In this document: in pieces, positions 23,131-31,204 of the stretch
How positions within the stretch are numbered: the stretch's first letter is position 1
Layout: each line of letters begins with the position of its first letter
NCBI RefSeq assembly: GCF_005696695.1
Contig: NZ_CP040006.1
Coordinates: forward strand, 1,830,001 to 1,862,000
Direction of reading: 5' to 3'
DNA length: 32,000 nt
From: Schaalia odontolytica
GTDB lineage: Bacteria > Actinomycetota > Actinomycetes > Actinomycetales > Actinomycetaceae
Notes under the pieces: generated by a model
Told to the model about the DNA's origin: nothing
The model's database searches: none
What the model saw: only the letters and a program-made list of their open reading frames with translations
Made by a program: the position numbers and the translations under genes

Positions 23131-23592
23131 GCGTTCCAGTCTAACTAGGTTCATACCCGCGAACGAGGCAGGGGCAGGGTTTGCGGGAGATGCCACGGGG
23201 TTACGGGGTGGGGTTGTTGCTGGGCGGGGTTGCGTTGCTACATTGCTGCGGTCGGGGTTGCGGTTTCGCGCTCGTTTCATGAGCCGCCGAGGCTAGCACC
23301 CTAGTTTCACGCGCGTTTCACGCACGCCTAGCCTGCTCCTCCCCCAAACGCCTGTGGCCACGCACCCAAGCCGGAGCCAAACTACGCCGGCTGATACAAC
23401 CGCTGGCACGTCGCCCCACTGAGCGATACCCATCGACCTCTCCTATCGCACTCCACGCTGCAGAACTGCGACACCAGGCACCCGCATGAACATTAGCTTG
23501 ACACCAAAGCCCCACAAGCTTTCATCTCGGGACCAATTCCCTGGACAGGCTGCTACGATGCGAAGCAGTGACCCCAGAGCAAAGGAGCCAGC

Positions 23593-25326
23593 ATGGTCCC
23601 CGCCGACGATGACCCCAAGGACACCCCCGAGGTCGACAGCAGCGCATCCACGAAAGAGTGCAAGAGCAGTCATCTCACCCCCATGCCCGGCTGCCTGATG
23701 CACTGGTGGATACCGTTCGTATTAGCCGCCTTTTTGTTCTTAGGCAGCATGTTCATCACCTCCATCTGGGGCTCAGCGACTTTCGACGAGATCATGCATG
23801 CGATACAAGACTGCCCCAAGCGCTGGCCATTCCACATGCGCACACCATCTCGCGAGGAAATCGAAGTATGCCTAACCATCACGGCGGCCGGCTTCGCATT
23901 CTCGGCTTGGCAGCAGCGGAGCCACGACAACGCCATCAGGGAAGAAGAACGAACGAAGGCGCAGCAGCAAGCCGAAAAGGAACAAAAGAGACAAGAGCAT
24001 AATCGCCTCGAACAGATTGAGCGCGACGAATACTGGAAGCGCCGCGAACATATTCTTCACACACTCGACAGCAACAATCCAGGTATCCGCCTTGCAGCGG
24101 TAAGCCTTCTAGCGGAACTTGCCGATTCAGCCGCACACAGCGGCCAACTCAATCACACTGCACAGCAACAACTCCAACAGCACATCATCAGCACACTTTG
24201 TCTCCAGATGCGCCATGAGGGCCAACTAATCGAATCAGAAGGAACCAAAGAAGATCACATTGGGATTCAGAGCGAAATTCTAGAGGTGATTTTCAGACGA
24301 GTAGATCCTGCCGACCAAAAAGACCTTCTAGCAAATTGGTCTATGGAAGTTTTAAACTTCAGGAACGTTAACTTCTATACCGAATTTAAAATGATCGACC
24401 GTAAGACACAATGTACCATTGTACTAACGGGAGCAGTATTTCACGAAAACGCAACCTTCAGCGGATGCACAATACATAAGCTCGTGTGGCACAAGAGCAG
24501 CTTCATGAAGCAACTCACGTTCCACTCACAACGCAAAGAAAATACACCTGGGACGATAGTTTCACACGACAATTTTCCGAAATATATTAGCTACGGGGAC
24601 TTCAAAGGAATCGCGTTCTGCAAGGACGAGTCCACGGAAGGGATTGACCACAGAATCAACATTCGCGCATCTAACAAATCAGACAGCTCTGACTACGACG
24701 ATATAAATTATCTCAATTTCTCGGAATGCACTTTCCTCCACACAATTAGCACATTTCATAAAGCCTCAAATAGCCCTGTTGCATACCGGAGAACAGAAGG
24801 TAAATCCATATTAGACAAGACACAGCTTCCAGAAAATTACACATGGGGCATACTCCGCATCGAACAAATCAACTACAGCAGCACACCGACGCATGAACGC
24901 GACACAGGCTTAAGATTTGACCGGTGCACATTCGAAAAAGTAACCGTTGACTCAGGACTAACACACTCGAACACGGAATTCACATCATGCTACTTCGCAT
25001 CGCTGGCCTTCATTGCCATCATGACAGCAAATCGATCATCTTCATTCGAGGATCAAGACCACATCATCTTCGAAGATTGCATTTTCGCAATGTCCAGCAA
25101 TTTTAACACCCCAATCAAACTAGTACATGTAACCAACGGCAACAGCGGTCTCATACCACGTACATTCTTTCGACTGAGGGACAATCAGGCACACATTCAA
25201 AATGAGAACGGACAACCAATTTTTCAAACACTAGAATTAACTGGCACCACTATTGGCGAAAGATACTTAAAGATTGGCACAGAAACAAATCACATACCTT
25301 TCGAAGAAAGAAACCCCAGCATATAA
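23593..25326 (+). CDS. Orphan membrane-anchored protein: 1-2 N-terminal TM helices, charged coiled coil, helical segment, degenerate pentapeptide-repeat-like (beta-helix) C-terminal half
   Basis: 577-aa ORF with AAGGAG 7 nt upstream of the ATG. TM at WWIPFVLAAFLFLGSMFITSIWG. Coiled coil at REEERTKAQQQAEKEQKRQEHNRLEQIERDEYWKRRE. IRLAAVSLLAELADS resembles the helix that precedes the repeats in many pentapeptide-repeat proteins. C-terminal units include LNFRNVNF, LTGAVFHENATFSGCTI, LNFSECTF, LRFDRCTF, TEFTSCYF and IIFEDCIF. GC falls to about 40%. Confidence 0.7.
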   Translation: MVPADDDPKDTPEVDSSASTKECKSSHLTPMPGCLMHWWIPFVLAAFLFLGSMFITSIWGSATFDEIMHAIQDCPKRWPFHMRTPSREEIEVCLTITAAGFAFSAWQQRSHDNAIREEERTKAQQQAEKEQKRQEHNRLEQIERDEYWKRREHILHTLDSNNPGIRLAAVSLLAELADSAAHSGQLNHTAQQQLQQHIISTLCLQMRHEGQLIESEGTKEDHIGIQSEILEVIFRRVDPADQKDLLANWSMEVLNFRNVNFYTEFKMIDRKTQCTIVLTGAVFHENATFSGCTIHKLVWHKSSFMKQLTFHSQRKENTPGTIVSHDNFPKYISYGDFKGIAFCKDESTEGIDHRINIRASNKSDSSDYDDINYLNFSECTFLHTISTFHKASNSPVAYRRTEGKSILDKTQLPENYTWGILRIEQINYSSTPTHERDTGLRFDRCTFEKVTVDSGLTHSNTEFTSCYFASLAFIAIMTANRSSSFEDQDHIIFEDCIFAMSSNFNTPIKLVHVTNGNSGLIPRTFFRLRDNQAHIQNENGQPIFQTLELTGTTIGERYLKIGTETNHIPFEERNPSI

Positions 25327-25668
25327 CGCGCACTAAGAGATTAACGATTACACTTCACAATCGCGACAGACACCAACTGCTCCATCTTTACGCTGCACCA
25401 ACCGACGAGCAGCAAGTTGAGCATCTGCAGATTTCAATTGAGAACGATTGAACCAATCACCTTAAGGCACAACTTTCACATTTTCAGATTTGACCATCAT
25501 ATCAATCACTGCCCACTCCGACACTGTTCGTACACAACAATATGATGCGGTTACACATCACCGCATGCACTTCGATTGCATTAAGTCGAAGTAAACGCAT
25601 CTTAGGTCCCACATACAATATTTTTCGCCTTTCGCAAAAGACGAATAGTTTGCGTGTACGATTTCAGG

Positions 25669-26175
25669 ATGCAGATTCGAATCGCATCCCCTGGCGACAT
25701 CGCATTCATCGGGAGCGCGTATGTGCATGCCCGCGCGTTTATGCAGGCGAATGGGAATGCGACTCAGTGGCCCTTCGGATACCCGAGCCACATTGACGCT
25801 GAGGAAGACATCGCGCACGGGCACTGTTTCCTTGTGGCTGACGATGAGGGGCCACTTGCTGTTTTCACCCTCGCTCCAGGACCGGATGAGACGTATGCCG
25901 AGATCGACGGCGCATGGCATTTCGAGGCTGAGTACCACGTGATTCACCGCGTGGCAGCAGTGCGCGGGCATGGGGTCGCGCGGGCAATTTTCAACTTTGC
26001 GGCTGAGCACGCTAACTACCTGCGTTGCGACACCCACGAGAACAACGCCCCGATGCGGCGCGCGCTCGAATCCTTCGGATTCCAAGAGTGCGGCACAATC
26101 ACCGTTACCAACGACACGGAGCGCGTTGCCTATGACTGGATCAAGGACAGCTCTACCGGCGCAGCAGCCAACTAG
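25669..26175 (+). CDS. GNAT-family N-acetyltransferase
   Basis: MQIRIASPGDI..., HRVAAVRGHGVARAIFNFAAEH (acetyl-CoA binding region) and LRCDTHENNAPMRRALESFGFQECG are typical of small GNATs. The start is ambiguous: ATG at 25669 is preferred over GTG at 25654. Confidence 0.8.
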   Translation: MQIRIASPGDIAFIGSAYVHARAFMQANGNATQWPFGYPSHIDAEEDIAHGHCFLVADDEGPLAVFTLAPGPDETYAEIDGAWHFEAEYHVIHRVAAVRGHGVARAIFNFAAEHANYLRCDTHENNAPMRRALESFGFQECGTITVTNDTERVAYDWIKDSSTGAAAN

Positions 26176-26212
26176 TTCCACCTCCTCGACCACACTGAGC
26201 TACCGAACAATC

Positions 26213-26318
26213 TCGCACGTAATTCCTAGACACCACAAATTTGCGATACCCCAGAAAGCGCGGAATTTCAACGTTCTGATTTCAAATTCTGAAGGACTCT
26301 GAATAGAATTACGTGCGA
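26213..26318. repeat. 106-bp AT-rich unit bounded by 12-bp perfect inverted repeats (MITE-like or large hairpin)
   Basis: TCGCACGTAATT (26213-26224) is the exact reverse complement of AATTACGTGCGA (26307-26318). The line 26261-26320 within it counts about 37% GC. Confidence 0.4.
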
Positions 26319-26330
26319 AATTTTGAGAGC

Positions 26331-26392
26331 TGCACCCGTTATGGAGCATTGCACCCGATCAGAACGGGTGCAATGCTCACTGATCGGGTGCA
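26331..26392. repeat. Compound nested hairpin built from four TGCACCCG/CGGGTGCA units
   Basis: TGCACCCG (26331-38) -ttatg- GAGCATTGCACCCG (26344-57) -atcagaa- CGGGTGCAATGCTC (26365-78) -actgat- CGGGTGCA (26385-92). The inner 14-bp stem is perfect and the outer 8-bp stem is perfect. Confidence 0.6.
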
Positions 26393-26657
26393 CGCCCTCA
26401 TCGACGACAAGCTCTATCGCGGATGCGCTTCCTACGCGGAACGGACACCACGACTAAACCCCCTCCCACACACCAACGCTCCAGCCAAGGCCACTCACGA
26501 TGCCACTCACCGACGCACGGCAGGCATCCGACCGCAATCACACTTGCTCCTAACTGGTGTAATGCTCCCTTACTGGCGCAGGGCTGCCCGGCACGGCTCG
26601 GCTGGAATCTCGTTGGAGTAGCTATGGAGCAGGCCGCGCCGCGCGCAGGCTTGTTGC

Positions 26658-26720
26658 GCGGCAGCATTGCACTACTTAGCGCAGCATTGCACTGGATAGT
26701 AAGCAGTGCATTGCTGCCGC
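26658..26720. repeat. GCAGCATTGCACT repeat group: two direct copies 20 bp apart plus one inverted copy
   Basis: GCAGCATTGCACT occurs at 26661 and 26681. AGTGCATTGCTGCCGC at 26705-26720 matches the reverse complement of GCGGCAGCATTGCACT (26658-26673) at 15 of 16 positions. It shares the GCATTGCAC core with the 26344-26378 hairpin. Confidence 0.6.
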
Positions 26721-26912
26721 ACCTAGTGGATCGCTCCATGCGCAGGGCTGCCGCACGTCACCGAGGCACCACGACCGCGCCACACTCACAGACGAACACC
26801 CCAGCAAGCCCGCGGCCCCAAGCCACGACCACCCCAAGCCACAACCGCAGCCCTCACGCAGGCACACACCGCCCCCGCGGCCATAACCCCCAACAACACC
26901 CCGCATACATGC

Positions 26913-26948
26913 GGGCGCGCGCCCGGCCAATCAGCCGGGCGCGCGCCC
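26913..26948 (-). terminator. Strong GC hairpin downstream of mdh (terminator-like)
   Basis: GGGCGCGCGCCCGGC (26913-27) pairs with GCCGGGCGCGCGCCC (26934-48), a perfect 15-bp stem around a CAATCA loop. It lies 30 nt past the mdh stop. There is no clear U-tract. Confidence 0.5.
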
Positions 26949-26978
26949 TTCCCACCAACCGCCACGAGGGCGGTCGCC

Positions 26979-28055
<1,077 letters not shown>

Positions 28056-28170
28056 TCACACTCAGACCCGGGCACCCAGTCCCAAGAGAACCCACCCAAG
28101 CAGTGATCTGCAACATATCAAAGGAGCGGAGGTCTCCACCGCAGGCCCCATCGGCACGTACAATAGGAGC

Positions 28171-29202
28171 ATGTCCGACAACCGTCCCAGCCCCTCCCCC
28201 AGCGCCGGATCCGCGCGAGAATCGGCCCCCGCCTCGTCCCACGTCGACGAGGCCGTGGCTCACTCCCACGATCACGCGCACTCCCCGAGCGGCGAGCGTG
28301 GAGGCCACTCGCACGATCATTCCCACGCGGGGGCCTCGACCAAGCGCCTGGGGTGGGCGCTCGCGGTCACGGGTGCCGTCGTTGTCGCCGAGCTGGTCGG
28401 CGCCTTCTGGTCCGGATCCCTGTCGCTGGCGGCGGACGCGGGGCACATGGTCGTGGACGCCTCCGGCCTCGTTATCGCGCTGATCGCCGCACGCCTCATG
28501 CGCCGCCCGCGCGACGAGAAGCACACGTGGGGGTGGGCGCGCTCCGAGGTCTTGGCCGCCGCCCTGCAGGCCGGCATGCTCCTCGTCATCTGCGTCATGG
28601 TCGCGTGGGAGGGCGCGTGGCGCCTGGCATCCCCGCCCGAGGTCGAGGCCGGCCCCATGCTCCTCGTCGGCGTCATCGGCCTGGTAGCAAACATCGTGTC
28701 GCTGGCGATCCTCGCGGGCGGGCGCGAGGCGAACCTCAACATGCGTGCCGCGTTCCTCGAGGTCGCGAACGACGCGCTCGGCTCCCTCGCTGTCATCGTT
28801 GCGGCCGGTGCCGAGTGGGCCTTCGGGTGGACGCGCGCCGACGCAATCGCCTCGCTCCTGATCGCCCTCCTCATGGCACCTCGCGCGCTCACGCTCCTGC
28901 GCCGCTCTGTCGCGATCCTCATGGAACAGACACCCGCGAGCGTGGACGTGACCGAGCTGCGCGCGCACATGATGGGCGTCGAGGGCGTCCTCGACGTGCA
29001 CGACCTGCATGTCGCCGCCGTGTCCTCGCACCTCGTGACCGTCACCGCGCACGTGACCGTCACGCACGAGGCCGACGGGCCCTCGCGCGACCGCATCGTC
29101 CACGAGCTCGGCGAATGCGCGTGCCACCACTTCCCCATCGCGCACTCCACGTTCCAGCTCGAATGTCCCGAGCACGCGAGCCACGAGCACATCGAGCACT
29201 AA
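28171..29202 (+). CDS. Cation diffusion facilitator (CDF) divalent-metal efflux transporter with a His-rich N-terminus
   Basis: The start is the ATG at 28171, with AGGAG 2-6 nt upstream. The N-terminal region is His-rich (HSHDHAHSPSGERGGHSHDHSHAG). TM region with SLSLAADAGHMVVD and LEVANDALGS (the HD/ND metal-site pattern of CzcD/ZitB-like CDFs). A C-terminal cytoplasmic domain is present. The ORF-track start at 27922 overlaps mdh. Confidence 0.85.
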   Translation: MSDNRPSPSPSAGSARESAPASSHVDEAVAHSHDHAHSPSGERGGHSHDHSHAGASTKRLGWALAVTGAVVVAELVGAFWSGSLSLAADAGHMVVDASGLVIALIAARLMRRPRDEKHTWGWARSEVLAAALQAGMLLVICVMVAWEGAWRLASPPEVEAGPMLLVGVIGLVANIVSLAILAGGREANLNMRAAFLEVANDALGSLAVIVAAGAEWAFGWTRADAIASLLIALLMAPRALTLLRRSVAILMEQTPASVDVTELRAHMMGVEGVLDVHDLHVAAVSSHLVTVTAHVTVTHEADGPSRDRIVHELGECACHHFPIAHSTFQLECPEHASHEHIEH

Positions 29203-29323
29203 GCGACGCCTCGTCCCCACAAACAGTGAGGCAGCAAGGGCTTCACACTCTCTCGGGGGTCCGACACTCCCCGTCCGTTGAACACCCCCATACGAGCACG
29301 CCAAAACGTGCCCCACATACACG

Positions 29324-29355
29324 TCGGGGGCCGCGCCTTGCGGCGCGGCCCCCGA
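29324..29355. terminator. Hairpin between the convergent CDF and pgi genes (bidirectional terminator candidate)
   Basis: TCGGGGGCCGCGCC (29324-37) pairs with GGCGCGGCCCCCGA (29342-55), a perfect 14-bp stem with a TTGC loop. Confidence 0.6.
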
Positions 29356-29372
29356 GCACAGCTCAGATGCGA

Positions 29373-31052
29373 TTACTTCGTGCGATTCGCGCGGTAGTAC
29401 TCGATGAGAGCGCGGGTGGACTGATCCTGCGCCTCCAGGGCCTCGGACGAGCCCTCGATGGCGGGGAGGATCTGCTTGGCCAGGACCTTGCCCAGCTCGA
29501 CGCCCCACTGGTCGAAGGAGTCGATGCCCCACACGGCACCCTCAACGAAGGTGATGTGCTCGTACAGGGCGATCAGCTGGCCCAGGACCGAGGGGGTCAG
29601 GGCGGGGGCCATGATCGAGGTCGTGGGACGGTTGCCGGTGAACACGCGGGCGGAGACGATGGCCTCGGGCGTGCCCTCGGCGCGCACCTCCTCGCTGGTC
29701 TTACCGAAGGCCAGGGCCTTGGTCTGGGCGAAGAAGTTCGACAGGAACAGCTCGTGCATGTCGGCGTCGCCGTCACCCAGCGCCCACGTCGGGTTCGCGA
29801 AGGCAATGAAGTCGGCGGGGACCATGCGGGTGCCCTGGTGGATCAGCTGGTAGAAGGCGTGCTGGCCGTTGGTGCCGGGCTCACCCCAGAAGACCTCGCC
29901 GGTCTCGTAGGTGACGGGGCTGCCGTCGCGGCGCACGGACTTGCCGTTGGACTCCATGGTCAGCTGCTGCAGGTACGCGGGGAAGCGGTGCAGGTACTGG
30001 GAGTAGGGCAGGACGGCGTGCGTGTCGGCGCCCAGGAAGTTCGAGTACCACACGTTGAGCAGGCCCATCAGCAGGGGCACGTTCTTCTCGGGCGCGGCCT
30101 CGGCGAAGTGGCGGTCCATCGCGTGGAAGCCGGCGAGGAAGTCGGAGAAGCCCTCGGGGCCGATCGCGACGGCCAGGGAGGTGCCCACGGCGGAATCCAC
30201 GGAGTAGCGGCCGCCCACCCAGCTCCAGAAGCCGAAGGCGTTGGCCGGGTCGATGCCGAACTCGGCGACCTTGTCCAGGGCGGTGGACACGGCGACGAAG
30301 TGCTTGGCGATTGCTTCCTTCTCGGAGGCCTCGTCGGTGACGATGCCGCGTTCACGCAGGCCGTCGAGCAGCCAGGCGCGCACGACCTTGGCGTTCGTGA
30401 TGGTCTCGAGCGTCGTGAAGGTCTTGGACGCGACGATCACGAGGGTCGTCTCGGGGTCCAGGTCCTTCGTGGTCTCGCCCGCGTCGGTGGGGTCAATGTT
30501 GGAGATGAAGCGGCACTCCAGGCCCTCCTGCACGTAGGGCTTGAGGGCCTCGTACGCCATGACGGGGCCCAGGTCGGAGCCACCGATGCCGACGTTGACG
30601 ACGGTCTTGACGGGCTTGCCGGTGATGCCGACCCACTCGCCGGAGCGGACGCGGCGAGCGAAGGCGTAGACCTTCTCCAGCACCTCGTGCACGTCGGCGA
30701 TCGCGTCCTGGCCGTCGACCGTCAGGGAGTCGGTCGCGGGGCGGCGCAGCGCGGTGTGCAGGACGGCGCGGTCCTCGGTGACGTTGATGTGCTCGCCCGC
30801 GTACATGCGGTCGCGCAGCTCCAGGACGCCGGTCTGCTCAGCGAGGGCGAGGAGGTGGCCCACCAGCGTGGGGCACACGAGGTTCTTCGACAGGTCGACG
30901 TGCAGGTCGGCCGCGTCGAAGGTGAAAGTCTGGGTGCGGTTGGGGTCGTCCGCGAACAGCTTGCGCAGGTCGGGATCGAAGTTGTCGGCCAGCTGGTCGA
31001 GCGTGTCCCACGCGGGGGTCATCGTCGGGTCGATCACGGGGATATCACTCAT
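29373..31052 (-). CDS. pgi: Glucose-6-phosphate isomerase
   Basis: 559-aa [20 protein letters not shown] and other blocks such as [23 protein letters not shown] sits upstream of the ATG. Confidence 0.95.
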   Translation of the reverse strand: MSDIPVIDPTMTPAWDTLDQLADNFDPDLRKLFADDPNRTQTFTFDAADLHVDLSKNLVCPTLVGHLLALAEQTGVLELRDRMYAGEHINVTEDRAVLHTALRRPATDSLTVDGQDAIADVHEVLEKVYAFARRVRSGEWVGITGKPVKTVVNVGIGGSDLGPVMAYEALKPYVQEGLECRFISNIDPTDAGETTKDLDPETTLVIVASKTFTTLETITNAKVVRAWLLDGLRERGIVTDEASEKEAIAKHFVAVSTALDKVAEFGIDPANAFGFWSWVGGRYSVDSAVGTSLAVAIGPEGFSDFLAGFHAMDRHFAEAAPEKNVPLLMGLLNVWYSNFLGADTHAVLPYSQYLHRFPAYLQQLTMESNGKSVRRDGSPVTYETGEVFWGEPGTNGQHAFYQLIHQGTRMVPADFIAFANPTWALGDGDADMHELFLSNFFAQTKALAFGKTSEEVRAEGTPEAIVSARVFTGNRPTTSIMAPALTPSVLGQLIALYEHITFVEGAVWGIDSFDQWGVELGKVLAKQILPAIEGSSEALEAQDQSTRALIEYYRANRTK

Positions 31053-31139
31053 GGGGTCTCCTGACAGTAGAGATTGGTTCGCACTTTAGTTTAGCGGGGT
31101 CTGCGCCCCTGGTCACCCTCGTTTCTCGCTTCTGAAACG

Positions 31140-31182
31140 ACGAGGCCGTGGCCCGCAAGTGCTCACGGAACCACGGCCTCGT
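31140..31182 (-). terminator. Hairpin downstream of the phosphofructokinase gene
   Basis: ACGAGGCCGTGG (31140-51) pairs with CCACGGCCTCGT (31171-82), a perfect 12-bp stem around a 19-nt loop. On the minus strand it is followed by CGTTTCAG. Confidence 0.5.
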
Positions 31183-31204
31183 ATGCCGTCAGAAGACCCG
31201 GGGT

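Noticed and set aside
23196-23216. GGGGTT units resembling ciliate telomeric repeats.
   Set aside because: This is a bacterial chromosomal context with irregular spacing. It is most simply explained as G-tract-rich high-GC intergenic DNA and is reported only as a low-interest G4 candidate.
23131-23280. 50-codon N-terminal extension of purU in the ORF track (MKRARNRNPDRSNVATQPRPATTPPRNPVASPANPAPASFAG...).
   Set aside because: It is P/A/T-rich low complexity produced by the C-rich strand of a G-tract region. PurU proteins are about 280-290 aa and begin at the ACT domain (MTENAQLVVTLSCPDRPG). The start remains somewhat uncertain, and the ATG at 23154 is also possible.
23131-23340. A second ZTP riboswitch upstream of purU.
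   Set aside because: The minus-strand leader lacks the GACUGGCG and CCGCCUGGGC segments. Only G/C-tract repeats are present.
23498-23526. Possible sigma-70-type promoter for the 577-aa gene (TTGACA at 23498-23503, 17-nt spacer, TTCATC at 23521-23526).
   Set aside because: The -35 is perfect, but the -10 matches the consensus at only about 3 of 6 positions and lacks the key second-position A. It is too weak to list as a feature without transcription start site data.
23281-23592. Search for a tRNA gene, integrase or direct-repeat att sites flanking the low-GC patch. The right flank, 26176-26978, was also searched.
   Set aside because: No tRNA-like T-arm/acceptor pattern and no recombinase ORF were found. 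The only shared string between the flanks noticed by eye is the 8-mer CACTGAGC (near 23420 and 26193), which is too short to call an att duplication.
25341-25424. 27-aa hydrophobic minus-strand mini-ORF (MLNLLLVGWCSVKMEQLVSVAIVKCNR) between the 577-aa gene and the GNAT gene, considered as a type I toxin-like peptide.
   Set aside because: There is no ribosome-binding site, no obvious antisense RNA architecture, and it is very short. It is indistinguishable from chance in AT-richer DNA.
28353-31064. 903-aa plus-strand ORF spanning the CDF gene 3' region, the intergenic terminator and the whole of pgi (antisense).
   Set aside because: It is out of frame with the well-supported CDF CDS, antisense to pgi, and crosses a strong terminator hairpin. 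The translation is Arg/Gly/Ala/Pro low complexity.
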